A DNA stretch of 64,000 nt, taken from assembly GCA_051294375.1 (NCBI GenBank), contig CM119265.1, forward strand, positions 25,738,767-25,802,766. The letters run 5' to 3'. The position numbers and the translations under genes are program-made. Of the stretch, positions 52,402 to 64,000 are shown piece by piece. A model generated the notes under the pieces. The model searched no databases. It saw nothing but the letters and a program-made list of their open reading frames with translations, and was not told the DNA's origin. Origin of the DNA: Paraspadella gotoi. Lineage: Eukaryota > Animalia > Chaetognatha. Position 1 is the stretch's first letter. Each line of letters opens with the position of its first letter.

Positions 52402-55400
52402 TTACATTCTTCTCAACTTGTTCTTGTCTGGTTTGGCTGAAGACGTCTTTGGTATCTCCTTCAAAAATCTAACTCCCCCACGCAGCCTATTCAATACGCT
52501 TGATCGCGAAGCTACAAAGGCTTGAAGGTTCTCAGCAGTTGCGCTGGTGGCATCGACATTGGGCTGCAGCACGACGAAGGCTCTGGGTTCGACTCCATTA
52601 TCAACAGGGACACCTACAACGACGCACTCAGCGATGGCAGGGTGCGACATAAGGATGCCTTCAATGACGGCTGGAGTCACATGTTGGCTGAAGGGATATA
52701 GATTATGAATAGAGTTATACATATTATCACAACAGATGCAGGTGTACGATAAGGTCCGTCAGCTCTTTATATTCCCGAAACAGCTGCTAGTCCCTGTAAA
52801 CATTCCTCTCACTACTCCCATAAAATTAAATTTACTCAACCTTCACTAGAAAAAGGAATGGGAAGGTGTGCTTACGTTTTAAATTCATAAATTAGAATGA
52901 ATGTACCTGTAATATAGGAGATATCACAGCAATTCTGTTAGCCATTGGAAAAGAATTATAATGAGCTTATAAATATCCAAATCTAACAAACCCGTCTTTG
53001 TAGGAGATGAGCTCCTTTATTCTGTCAGTAATAAAGAGATATCCGTCAGCATTGAAGTGCCCAATGTCTCCCATGTGGAACCATCCATCCGAGTCCATCA
53101 CAGAAGCCGTGGCCGAAGGATCGTTTAAGTACCCCTTCATCAGAGAAGGACTTTGAACACAAATCTCACCCTCGCTGGTTGGAGGTAAGTCAATGCCAGT
53201 AGATGGGTCAGTGATCTTAGAAAAAGAAAAGGGAAGAAAAAACAAAGTAGTATAAGTGTATATGTAGAAAAAGAAGGAAGAATGGCAAGGGGAGGAACTC
53301 CTGTGATAAAGGGGGCGCAGGGTATCTCACCAACTGGCCTTGGGGCTACGGACCGTCAGTGACCGCCTCCTGTCACTGGCATGTTTAGACCCGCTATGTC
53401 ACATTTATGCCAGAACTGGGAATGAACCCGGGATGCAAAGTTGTAACGAGAAGATTTAGCCTGCTCAGCTATTGAGATGAGGGTGACGACGGACTGCAGT
53501 GAGGCAGCTTTAAAACTTGCTGCCACAGAAGGCAAATAAAGAAAGGGTTAAAAATAACAGAAAAGAAAAATAAAAACAGAAGGTGAAGAAGAGAACAGTG
53601 CGCAGGGACAAAAACATATTTTTAAATAAATTTAAAAAACCTTAATCAGGATGCTGGGGAGAGGGACACCAACAGATCCTGGATGCCCGACCTTCTCCCT
53701 CCGTGGCACACTGATCATTGCTCCGGCCTACACATTCAAATTATACAGTTAATATTAATAATATCACTGGAACACAATAATTAGTCTTATCATCTAGATT
53801 TTTTTTAAATTGACATGCTATTGTGGCCTACCTTTTTATACCTAATTTTTTCTCTTTCTCACTATAACTATTTACAACTATTAAGTAACAAAATCTTTCT
53901 GTCACTTAACCTCTGTGCATCCATAGCTCTGACTAATGTCCACCCCTAAAGTCCGATGACGGAACATGTCTTCAATCTCGGCCGAAACAAAAGAGCCTCC
54001 AGTGAGAACCTCCCTGACAGATGATAGATCCGGCATAGGCAAGAGACTACCTTTGGCAATGGATGCCACATGCCCGGCGATCAATAAGAGGAAACTGAAT
54101 CAAATAATGATACTATGGTGGACTAAAATCCACCAACCGTTCATCAGCGGCCATTGGTGCCAGAGGCAAGTCATTCACCTCCCAACCCAAAGGTCCGGGA
54201 TTCTAGCCCGGTGGTCGCCTTGCAGTTAAGAGGGACGGGGCGCTTAAACCGCCTGTAACTCGGTGTTACAGCCTGATCCGAAGCTCAGGGACTGCTTATA
54301 TTGAATGGTTCTATCACTAACACATAATAATAATTATTGTCTCTTCAATACTCAAAAATTATATAATACATACAGTTTTTTTTATAACAGGTTTCACCAC
54401 TGACAGATGTGGAGCATCTTGCCAACTGCCTGTAAGCCTGTAAGGGCTTCTGAAACTCTTTGAGTGCATCAAACTTCAGGCAGTTTACAATGTCTTCATC
54501 ACAATTTGTCAAGCAGCTTCAGGATTGAACACGGGCTGCACATTGTGCACAATCGCTATTTAGTGCACAATCGTTATTTATTGCACAATCGCTATTTAGG
54601 ATTATCCAATTGAAAGCAGTCTCTTTTACATAAGATTAAAATTTGAGTAAATAATTTCTAATTTAACTTATACATACATACATACTTAAAGTATAATTAT
54701 TTCTAATGTCAAAATCCATTAAACTCCCTTCCTTTCAAATTTTTTAACCGAATTCAAATCATGTGATATATCAAAGTCAGCTCCAATGACACATTATGCA
54801 TAAAATTTATTTTAGAACAGATATAAATTAGAGCAAATTACCGATGATTTAATTAATAGTTCAATCAAGATTATTTAATCAAAATTTTATTCACTCACTT
54901 CATGTTGTATTTTTTCACCAAANNNNNNNNNNNNNNNNNNNNNNNNNNNNNNNNNNNNNNNNNNNNNNNNNNNNNNNNNNNNNNNNNNNNNNNNNNNNNN
55001 NNNNNNNNNNNNNNNNNNNNNNNNNNNNNNNNNNNNNNNNNNNNNNNNNNNNNNNNNNNNNNNNNNNNNNNNNNNNNNNNNNNNNNNNNNNNNNNNNNNN
55101 NNNNNNNNNNNNNNNNNNNNNNNNNNNNNNNNNNNNNNNNNNNNNNNNNNCAAAGTCAGCAACAACGACACAGTTTGCTCGTTGAAGCATACATCGAAAT
55201 GCAGAAAACTCTAGTCCACCCACGTGGGCCAAAGGAGCTTGTACCATTGTCGCCTCTCCTAGTGTAAAAGACGCAATATTAAGAGAAATATTATTACATG
55301 GTAACCATTTGAAACCCGCCGCTAGAAAAAATTTGCCAATAGAAAGTGCATAGATATTATTACATTTGAAATAATTTGTGCTAATATGTGTATGGCAAGA

Positions 55401-56932
55401 AATCCCTATAAAAATGACTTAAGAATATTGATTATATTTTGCCGTAGAATATTTTAAAATCCAAAGTAGTTATAATTCTATACCTTCCTAGTACTATGAC
55501 GAGGTGTTCAAAAGATATTTTCCAAAAATTGTAAGTTCATTATAGCATTTAGTTTTTAAGAAGAGTTCAGGAAAATCAATATTATTGCTATTTTTTAAAA
55601 AATTGTCGTTTAAATTTCCATGAAAGTGAGATAAAATTTTTTTGTTCACAAAAAACTCTTTATCTTTTTATTGACAAAGCAAAAATAAACTAAACTAGAC
55701 TAGTTTTAGCTTTATAATTATATATATTTTTTTCAAAATGTAGAAATCTTTGTGGTTTTTCTTTCTCTTTTTCTTTGATTTTTTTTTCTATCGGCGGCCA
55801 CAATGTATCGATTCATCATTATTTATTCATTCAAATAATCATTAAAGCTCCACCCGGTTCTAGTTCCACAAATGCTTCATAAAAAAGTTGTATCTGGTTG
55901 GCAACTATGTTTTGATGAGTGAGGACAATGCCCTTAGGAGATCCCGTGCTTCCACTGCTGTTCTGGACAATCGCTGTATCAATAGCAAAGTCAATTTCTG
56001 GTGTCTGATCAAAGGCAGATCCATCATCAGCGGCAATGTTGGTAAATGTAATTGCATCTGTGAATGAAGTTCATGAATATATTTCAAAAATTTCTCAAGG
56101 TTACATCTTTTTTTATTTGAGAAGAGATCTAGTTTATTTATTCTTAAGAACACTTATGAATTCTTAATAAATATCAAAGCAAATGAAAATTGTTATGTCT
56201 AAACTCACCATAGTTCTCTTCAGCTCCGTCAAAAACTATGAGAACTTTCAATGCATCTGATTCATGAAAGACTTTTCTTGCTGTATCCAAAAAATTGGAG
56301 GTACAAGCAATGACCTTTGCTCCCACAGCCTCTGCCTGACGCTTGAGTTCCACTTCATTGAGTGAAGTGTATACAGGTGCAAATACCGCCCCCAAAGCCA
56401 GCGTTGCAAAGCATGTGATAATGTATTCGACACAGTTTAACGCAATTACGGTTATGCCATCGCCCTTTATTATATGCATTTCAGTTAAAAAATTCTTTAA
56501 AAGCTAATTTTTAATCTTCATACATTATTGAACTTGCCTTTCCCACCCCTCTCTTTGCCAATGCACTTGCAACCCTCTCAGCCAAATAAATGATCCTCTT
56601 TGCGCTCAAAGTCTCTCCAGTAGATGCAGATGTTAAGAGGATGTNNNNNNNNNNNNNNNNNNNNNNNNNNNNNNNNNNNNNNNNNNNNNNNNNNNNNNNN
56701 NNNNNNNNNNNNNNNNNNNNNNNNNNNNNNNNNNNNNNNNNNNNNNNNNNNNNNNNNNNNNNNNNNNNNNNNNNNNNNNNNNNNNNNNNNNNNNNNNNNN
56801 NNNNNNNNNNNNNNNNNNNNNNNNNNNNNNNNNNNNNNNNNNNNNNNNNNNNNNNNNNNNNNNNNNNNNNNNNNNNNNNNTAGAAAAAGGAGATATTACC
56901 ACATTATTTACTGCAAAACTATTGTTATCCAT
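52402..56932 (-). CDS. Luciferase/4CL-like acyl-CoA synthetase, copy B
   Basis: Same exon structure as copy [53 protein letters not shown]; ends LRRM. Two N gaps. Confidence 0.88.
53281..53527 (-). mobile_element. Solo LTR related to TRIM family 2, GAAG TSD
   Basis: AATGGCAA...GCTGCCACA flanked by GAAG at 53277-53280 and 53528-53531; shares CAGTGACC..GTCACTGGC with 63446-63703; B box GGTTCATTCCC on the minus strand. Confidence 0.78.
54114..54347 (+). mobile_element. tRNA-containing solo-LTR-like element (family 3), ATAC TSD
   Basis: 5' hairpin GGTGGA-CTAAAA-TCCACC; tRNA-like acceptor stem GCGGCCA/TGGTCGC and T arm CCGGG/CCCGG; ends TTCA; ATAC at 54110-54113 and 54348-54351. Confidence 0.7.
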
Positions 56933-57396
56933 GACGATTGCAAAAGTTTGATCCACTTTTAAATAATCTCGAATTTAGCTGGAAACTAAAATATATCTTA
57001 CCTGGAATAAGTGCAATATTTAGAATTATTAAAAACCACAAGATAAGGGAAAACATGATGAATAGAATAACAATAATTCTAAGAATATTCATGATTTAAC
57101 AAAAATAAAATTTATCAAACCATATGATATAGATGTATATAGATTGCTTGTTGTTAATGACTTAATCATCTGATAGGTCATAAGAACTAAGGGATTTGAA
57201 ACATAATATAATTTGAATTTAGATTATAACCTTCTTGTCCATTTAATTTTTTGCATTTTACTAAGATTACAAAAAATAATAAATTTTAGCGGCTGTTTTT
57301 TTCTGTTCATTTACATTATGAAAATTTATTTTATCAAATTATATTTATAAAATTGTATTTAATACAATTTAACATTAAGGTTTTTAAAAAGTTTAA

Positions 57397-60300
57397 TTAC
57401 AACTTTCTCAACTCATTCCTCAGTGGCTTTGTGGAGGGTGACTTGGGAATCTCTTTCAAAAACCTGACTCCCCCTCGTAGTCTGTTCAATACGGTTGTCC
57501 TTCCAGCCACAAAGTCTTGGAGGTCCTCAGCGGTCACCCTGGAAGGGTCAGCATCCGGTTGCAGCACCACGAAGGCTTTTGGCTCAACTACTTCGCCAAT
57601 GAGAATACCAACAATGACACATTCAGCAACGGCAGGGTGTGACAGAAGGACTCCTTCAATGACGCTTGGAGCGACATGTTGGCTAAAGTGCAGAGAAAAA
57701 GGAAGGTGGATAATTGGATATTATAATTTTAATAGACTTGAATGAGTACAAGCTGCCACTCCCTAATTAGAACATAGGTTTACCGATGTTTAGTTCTTTA
57801 AATAACATAGTAATTCCTCTCAATACTAATAATCTACAAACCCATCTTTGTAGAAAATGAGCTCCTTTATTCTGTCTGTGATGAATAGATGTCCATCCTC
57901 ACTGAAGTACCCTATATCTCCTGAGTGAAACCACCCATTTGCGTCGATGGCATACGCTGTGGCAGCAGGGGCATTCAAGTAGCCCTTCATCATCCNNNNN
58001 NNNNNNNNNNNNNNNNNNNNNNNNNNNNNNNNNNNNNNNNNNNNNNNNNNNNNNNNNNNNNNNNNNNNNNNNNNNNNNNNNNNNNNNNNNNNNNNNNNNN
58101 NNNNNNNNNNNNNNNNNNNNNNNNNNNNNNNNNNNNNNNNNNNNNNNNNNNNNNNNNNNNNNNNNNNNNNNNNNNNNNNNNNNNNNNNNNNNNNNNNNNN
58201 NNNNNNNNNNNNNNNNNNNNNTATAAATAGTAAAAAACAGAGATTTTACAAAACCTTAATTTTGACGTTAGGCAGTGGAATACCGACGGAGCCTGAATGC
58301 CTGAGCTTTTCCTGCTTTGGCACAAGGGTGATTGCTCCACCCTTAACAAAGAGTAAAATTGTATTGAATCAATAAAGAAATCTTTTATTAGAATTTTTAA
58401 AATTATTTTTTTAGGATGCAATATAACTAAAGGGAAAGTCATTTGAAGACGGTTTGAGATATAAAAAAAATGGCGCATTTAGCTTTTGATTTACACTCAA
58501 AATGACAGAAAATTTGTTTTGTCATTCTGTCTGTAAACTTAAGAAAATTTTGAAATTAATTCTCAAACTGCGACACTCAATTGATCGCAATAGNNNNNNN
58601 NNNCAATAAAGAAATCTTTTATTAGAATTTTTAAAATTATTTTTTAGGATGCAATATAACTAAAGGGAAAGTCATTTGAAGACGGTTTGAGATATAAAAA
58701 AAATGGCGCATTTAGCTTTTGATTTACACTCAAAATGACAGAAAATTTGTTTTGTCATTCTGTCTGTAAACTTAAGAAAATTTTGAAATTAATTCTCAAA
58801 CTGCGACACTCAATTGATCGCAATAGCCTAGACTATCAGAAATATGGGTAAAAGGCATCTATCTCCAAAAATACTGTTGACAAGGTAAAAGAAACTACTG
58901 TGGCCGGAGGGAAGGCTTTGCCCGTGGACGGGGTTCAAAAAGCTTGCACCACCTTCCTTGGATACTTAGAGGTGGGTTTAATACAGTAATTATACAGTAA
59001 TTATACAGTAGTTATTGGAATCTCCAAACTAAACTTCCTTCTACAAACCTCAGTACATCCATAAGCCTGATGGACTTCTGCTCCTCCTGCACGATGACTG
59101 AACATTTCTTCAGCTTCCACTGAAAGAAAAGAACCGCCAGTGTTGACAGCTCGGAGGGAAGTCAAATCTTGACAAGGCAAAATGTTTCCTTTGGCAATAT
59201 ATGTCGCGTGCCAGGAAGGTAAGAACATGAATCTGACCGTTAAATTGTTTAATTTTAAAATACAAATTTAAAAGTAAAATCTCAAATAAATATGAATCAA
59301 TTCAATTAAAAATCTATTTGCTAAGATATAGTTTCGCTCACTTAATTTCATATCTTTTGATGTAACTTTAAAATCGCGTGAAATGGTTACAAGTCTGCAA
59401 TGATGACGGCATTAGCACGGTTGAAGCATATATTGAAATGCGGCCAAAGAGTCGCACGCGCCCATCCGGGCTACCAGGCGCGCCTTGTACCGCATGGGCT
59501 GAATTCTCGCTGAGTATGGTGTATAATGATTAGGGAGTAAAAATAATTTTTCCCTTCTGTCTGCAACTTAACATAAACGATACCCATCATTAAATATTTC
59601 ATTTAGCTTCACCGCGGTTCTAATTCATAAAATGCTTGGTGCATGAGCTGTGACAGATTTGGCAACAATATTTCGATGGTGCGTAAAAATGCCCTTGGGG
59701 GGGAGTGCCTGTACTGCGCAGCTACTAATTTGCACAATGCTTGTTCAATAGGCGACATTAATTTCTGGCGGTTGATCAAAAAGAACCCATTGTTGACAAC
59801 AAGAGTCTCGGGCAAAGAAGTTGCATCTGTGAAAAATAATATTTTCTAGAAAACTGGACATGAAATCCTGTCACTTGCAGCAGTTTTAACCTGGGAACAC
59901 GGTTTTTACCTAAGAATGACCACTGGTTTTGGAACTCCATTTTTATGTTAACTTTTTGCTTTGGATATTCTTAATTTTTATAACCTTATTCATACGAGAT
60001 TAAGTCATTCTCTGGAGCCCTAAAATAAAAAATATTTTTGAGTTACAAGGAGAACATCCAATGTGAAGAAAAGTCTTCTAACTTATTTAAAACTTACGCC
60101 ACTTTTTTACTTCAACAACTTTCGTCAAGAGCTCAAATTTTAAACAGATACAGATACCGTGACTAGACACTTTTCTCGCTGTATTCAAAAAATTGGCAAG
60201 TACAGGCGATGAACCTCCGCGCCTCACGCGCCTCTGCCTGTACGCCTGGAGTTCTACGTCATCAAGGCGACGTGTAAACAGGCGCAAAGACAGCACCCCG

Positions 60301-60815
60301 AAGGCCAGAGTTGGCCGCAAGGCATGTGATGATGTAATTCGCACGCAGTTTGACGCAATTAACAGTCACGGCGGCGGCCATCTCCTTTGATGTAATTGGA
60401 TGATATAATTAGTATGTTAATGTAATATTACTAATTAGGTTTGTAACTATTTTTTGAACTTAAGGATTTTTGTGATTTCCTTTTTTTTTAATAAAATTCA
60501 TTAAAGTTACTTTTTGAAATGGCACTATATTTCTTTGCGTAAATGAACCTTGCCTTTCCTAAAAGTCCTCTTTGGGACAAGACAGCAATGGCGACATTTC
60601 TGCGGCCAAATTGATGATCCTGCTTCTGGCCGTAAATGTTTTCCTCTCCCCCCTTCCTCTTCCGGCAGCTTTCGCACCGCAAATGTCAACAGGCCATAAT
60701 CTGTCGGGAATGTTTCAGGAAGCCGCGTTTTCAAAAGTCTGAGTAAGGGGCGATGTCGATGTCCGGAAAAGAGATTATCACATTACTTAAAGTAGGCGTG
60801 TTGCAGGTATTCCAT
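57397..60815 (-). CDS. Luciferase/4CL-like acyl-CoA synthetase, copy C (5' exons heavily frameshifted: poor sequence or pseudogene)
   Basis: [29 protein letters not shown]; ends LRKL. 59350-60815 aligns to copies A/B only with many indels. Confidence 0.75.
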
Positions 60816-62795
60816 AGTGATTTTTTTTTAAACTTATCTTTTTAATTATGGTTTAAAACATGTCAAGTTTAGCTATTTTTTGTGTTGTTTTTTTTTTTCC
60901 CTTAGAGACGATTCATTTACAAGAATCTAGAAAAAGCGTTTGTGAACTTTGAATTGTCAAGCGAAAGACAAGTGTTTAAACAGTTTCGAGGGGTTTACGA
61001 GTGTTCGCTTCGGAACTTTTGAACGCGAATATCCTCTTCAAGTTCACTATGGAATTTTTGAGGTCAATGTTATTTATGTAAGGTACAAAGGGTGTTAAAC
61101 AGCTTTCTATGACTACATACTACTTCTATTCTACTTATACCTTTTTTTCAAATCTAATTTTTCATCTTAAAAGACTTTCACCAAAACTAAAAAAGTAATT
61201 GTCCATTATCAAATGATACAATAAATTTTCGCTCGCACACTCTCGCACCTATAGTTATCCACTAGAAAAAAGATTTATTTAATAAGGTAAAAATACATTA
61301 AAACAATGATTAAACTATAAACGCCAGTATACTTTGGCATTACTAATTTAAGAAAAGACCCAAGAATTTAATCAGACAATTCCCGAGGATTTTGCTAACG
61401 AGTTTTGGTGATTGGAAAACCGATGCAGTTTTTTGACGAGTAATTTGGAGATTTTGTATCTTGAAGCGACTGAAGACTAGATTTTGAAAATTTTAGTCTG
61501 TCTACCTGTGTCTCTCCACATTTTACAGATACAAAACAAGTTGTTGATATATTAGAAACAATGCCTTGATTACCTAAATTGCTCATTTCTTATTTGTCTG
61601 ATATTGTATATGTTTGTATGCATCTGTATTACAATTTTATATGAATAAAAATACTTCAATATAAATATGCTTGAATTTGAAGGTTCTTTTCACAAAAACG
61701 CGAAAAGATCGTGAATTTTCAACTAGTTATTTGAAACAATTAAAAACCGATGTGAGATAGTATTTCTATATTAACTTTTACTTGATTATGTTAAAAAATT
61801 CCTTTAGTTATGTAAACTTCACGAAACACTGTGTTTCGTAGTTTCGTTTCCCGCGCTTCCAAGGGAGAAAACGAAATATAGACGCCAATGGCGAAAAACT
61901 GAACGAGCGGCGACACCAGCTGAGTTGAACTATTTTTCGCAGGGGGAAATTTTCTTTCTTTTTTCTTCTTTCTTCTTTCTTGTTACTAGTTTATTTTTTG
62001 TTTCTTGTTTCCCTTTCATTTATAATAACCTTTTTTTTTTTATCTGATTCTTTTTTCTGATCTCATTCTTTCTTTCTTTTTTCTTTCTTTCTCTTTCTTT
62101 CTTTCTTTCTTTCTTTCTCTCTTTTTCTCTATCTCTTTTTATCTTTTTCTGTTTTCAGTCTTTCTTTCCATTTCTTTCCCTTTCTTACTTTGACTCCTTC
62201 TCTCTTTAGTTTTTCTTTCCATTGTTTCCTCTCTCTCTCTATCTCTCTCTTTTTTTTCTCTCCGTTTGTTTTTGTTTTACCTTTTCTAAATCTTTTCTCG
62301 TTCTTCGACCAATTTCCCAAAAGTTTTCCCCCTTGAATTCATATCTTCCAACAATCTAATAACGTAAAAATAAAATAATCAATAAGATAGAGATTACACA
62401 TGGGAGTACAGGTACAGTATTTTTATTTATGACCTTCATCAGCGTCAAAATTTATTTGTGAATATTTGAAAGGTATTTGTGCAAAGGAAAAGGAGAGAGA
62501 GAGAGAAAGAGAGAGAGAGAAGAGGAGAGAGACAACAAAGAGAGGGCAAAGTTTCCAACACTGAGTTTAGAAAAAGAATAGTGGTCAGATGTGAGGACAG
62601 GTTAAGGTGAGGACAGATTGAGCAAGATTGTGAAAAGAAATTAAATTGTGAAAAATTTTATTTTAATTTAATTTCATTTCATTTCACAATCTTTCTCAAT
62701 CTGTCCTCACCTTAACCTGTCCTCACATCTGACCACTATTCTTTTTCTAAACTCTGTGTTGGAAACTTTGCCCTCTCTTTGTTGTCTCTCTCCCC

Positions 62796-62834
<39 letters not shown>

Positions 62835-62880
62835 CTTTTCCTTTGCACAAATATCTTTAAAATATTCACAAATAAATTTT

Positions 62881-62921
62881 GACGCTGATGAAGGCTTGTA
62901 TAGAGCCGAAACATGTACGTT
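62881..62921 (+). ncRNA. Minimal type I hammerhead ribozyme motif
   Basis: Stem I GACG/CGTT, CTGATGA-A, stem II GGCT/AGCC, GAAACATGTA (palindromic ACATGT). Confidence 0.62.
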
Positions 62922-63167
62922 CGATACAATAAAAATCGTTGTTGTAAGCAATTTCAAACGTCTTCTACTAATTAACAAACACAACGAAAAGAAAGGAAAG
63001 AGAGAGTGACCAAAATCAGGGATTAATCCCTCAACCCCCCCGCCCCTCTTCGTTTTTAAGGGATTAATCCCTGATTTTGGTCACTCTCTCACTCACTCAC
63101 TCTCTCTCTCCTCTCTCCTCTCTCCTCTCTCTCTTCTTTTTTTGCTCTGTCTATTAACTTACTCATT

Positions 63168-63210
63168 TGGCCCTGAAGATGATATGTCCAATGGATCGAA
63201 ATATTGGTCA
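63168..63210 (+). ncRNA. Minimal type I hammerhead ribozyme motif
   Basis: Stem I TGGCC/GGTCA, CTGAAGA-T, stem II GAT/ATC, GAAATATT (palindromic). Confidence 0.6.
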
Positions 63211-63445
63211 TAAATAAAAATACTGTTCCTGTACTCCCATGTGTAATCTCTATCTAATTCATTATCTCGGTACATGCGATGACTCTCAAAGAAAATAATC
63301 AATAAATATTAAAAACAAAAATTGAAAGTCTTTCTTACTAAACGGCCTCTCTAAAGATGCAGTAAATTTGAACCCCTAAACTTTCTGGACAGATAACGCA
63401 ACCCCACCCAAAGAAAAACAATTATCGACGTTTAAAATATGAACC

Positions 63446-64000
63446 TATGGCAACGGAGGGACATGTGTGATGCCTGGGGTGTGAGGCATCTCCTGACAGC
63501 TGGCGCTCAGGGCTTTGGACCTGCAGTGACCACCCCATGTCACTGGCGTGTTTATGCCGACACCATCACACTTTAACCAGCGTGACCGTGAGGGGATTGA
63601 ACCCAGAACTCACGGTTGGTGAACGAGTACTTAGCTGTCCAAGCCAATGGGACGAGCTGAGTTTCAACAAGCTATACGGGAGGCGAATTTAGGATTCGCC
63701 ACACATGCCCCCCCCCAAGACAGCACACTGGGGTGACCAAGCCCAGAGTGAATGTCTTGAGAGTAGACGGACTCATTGCCATAGAGAGCGAGCGAGCGAG
63801 AAGTAGGGCATAGGCGTGGGATGCATACCCTTAAGCGATGAAGTGAGCGATGGTACGCAGCGGTTGCGTGTTCGATAGTAAGGCTCACCACTTATGGCAA
63901 CGGAGGGACATGTGTGATGCCTGGGGTGTGAGGCATCTCCTGACAGCTGGCGCTCAGGGCTTTGGACCTGCAGTGACCACCCCATGTCACTGGCGTGTTT
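63446..64000 (-). mobile_element. TRIM with tRNA-derived LTRs (family 2), running off the window end
   Basis: LTR 63446-63703 and a second LTR from 63893, identical over the visible part; PBS TGGTGAGCC 2 nt from the LTR; G-run PPT at ~63706-63719; B box GGTTCAATCCC. Confidence 0.85.

Larger units (their letters stand above)
62386..63291 (+). mobile_element. Non-autonomous Penelope-like insertion with inverted 5' part, two minimal hammerhead motifs and a 14-bp TSD
   Basis: TSD AAAATAATCAATAA at 62372-62385 and 63292-63305; single copy at the empty paralogous site (~46994-47007); hammerhead cores at 62885 and 63173. Confidence 0.78.
61442..63445 (+). repeat. Direct repeat, right copy, interrupted by a 906-bp insertion
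   Basis: Colinear with 46055-47147. Confidence 0.9.

Noticed and set aside
54147-54220. tRNA-Gly(CCC) gene
   Set aside because: Anticodon stem does not pair, T loop is non-canonical, and it lies within a repeated element with a TSD.
58366-58826. ~220-bp exact tandem repeat
   Set aside because: Separated by a 10-N gap; redundant contig overlap.

Overview
Intron-rich, microsatellite-dense animal genomic DNA, probably from an invertebrate. The assembly is unpolished: 1-nt indels in conserved exons, N gaps and gap-flanking duplications. Genes reconstructed by hand, left to right: (1) a minus-strand type II membrane C-type lectin + SRCR protein that runs off the window start and is missing from the ORF track; (2) the 3' part of HPS4 with a very long acidic repeat linker; (3) a 7-exon G-alpha-q; (4) a C12orf56/DUF4551 homologue with a U2 snRNA in an intron; (5) a 10-exon glycine amidinotransferase (GATM); (6) a small Sushi-like + TM gene; (7) three tandem firefly-luciferase/4CL-like adenylate-forming enzymes bracketed by ~1.1-kb direct repeats. 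The most striking non-genic structures are: several families of miniature LTR retroelements whose LTRs contain tRNA-derived Pol III boxes (4-bp TSDs, PBS, PPT); an 80-bp palindromic derivative of one of them; a 906-bp Penelope-like insertion with a 14-bp TSD, an empty paralogous site and two minimal hammerhead motifs; a ~6-kb palindrome; and a decayed array of exon-start copies in a G-alpha-q intron. Family assignments rest on my recognition of motifs; no database searches were run.
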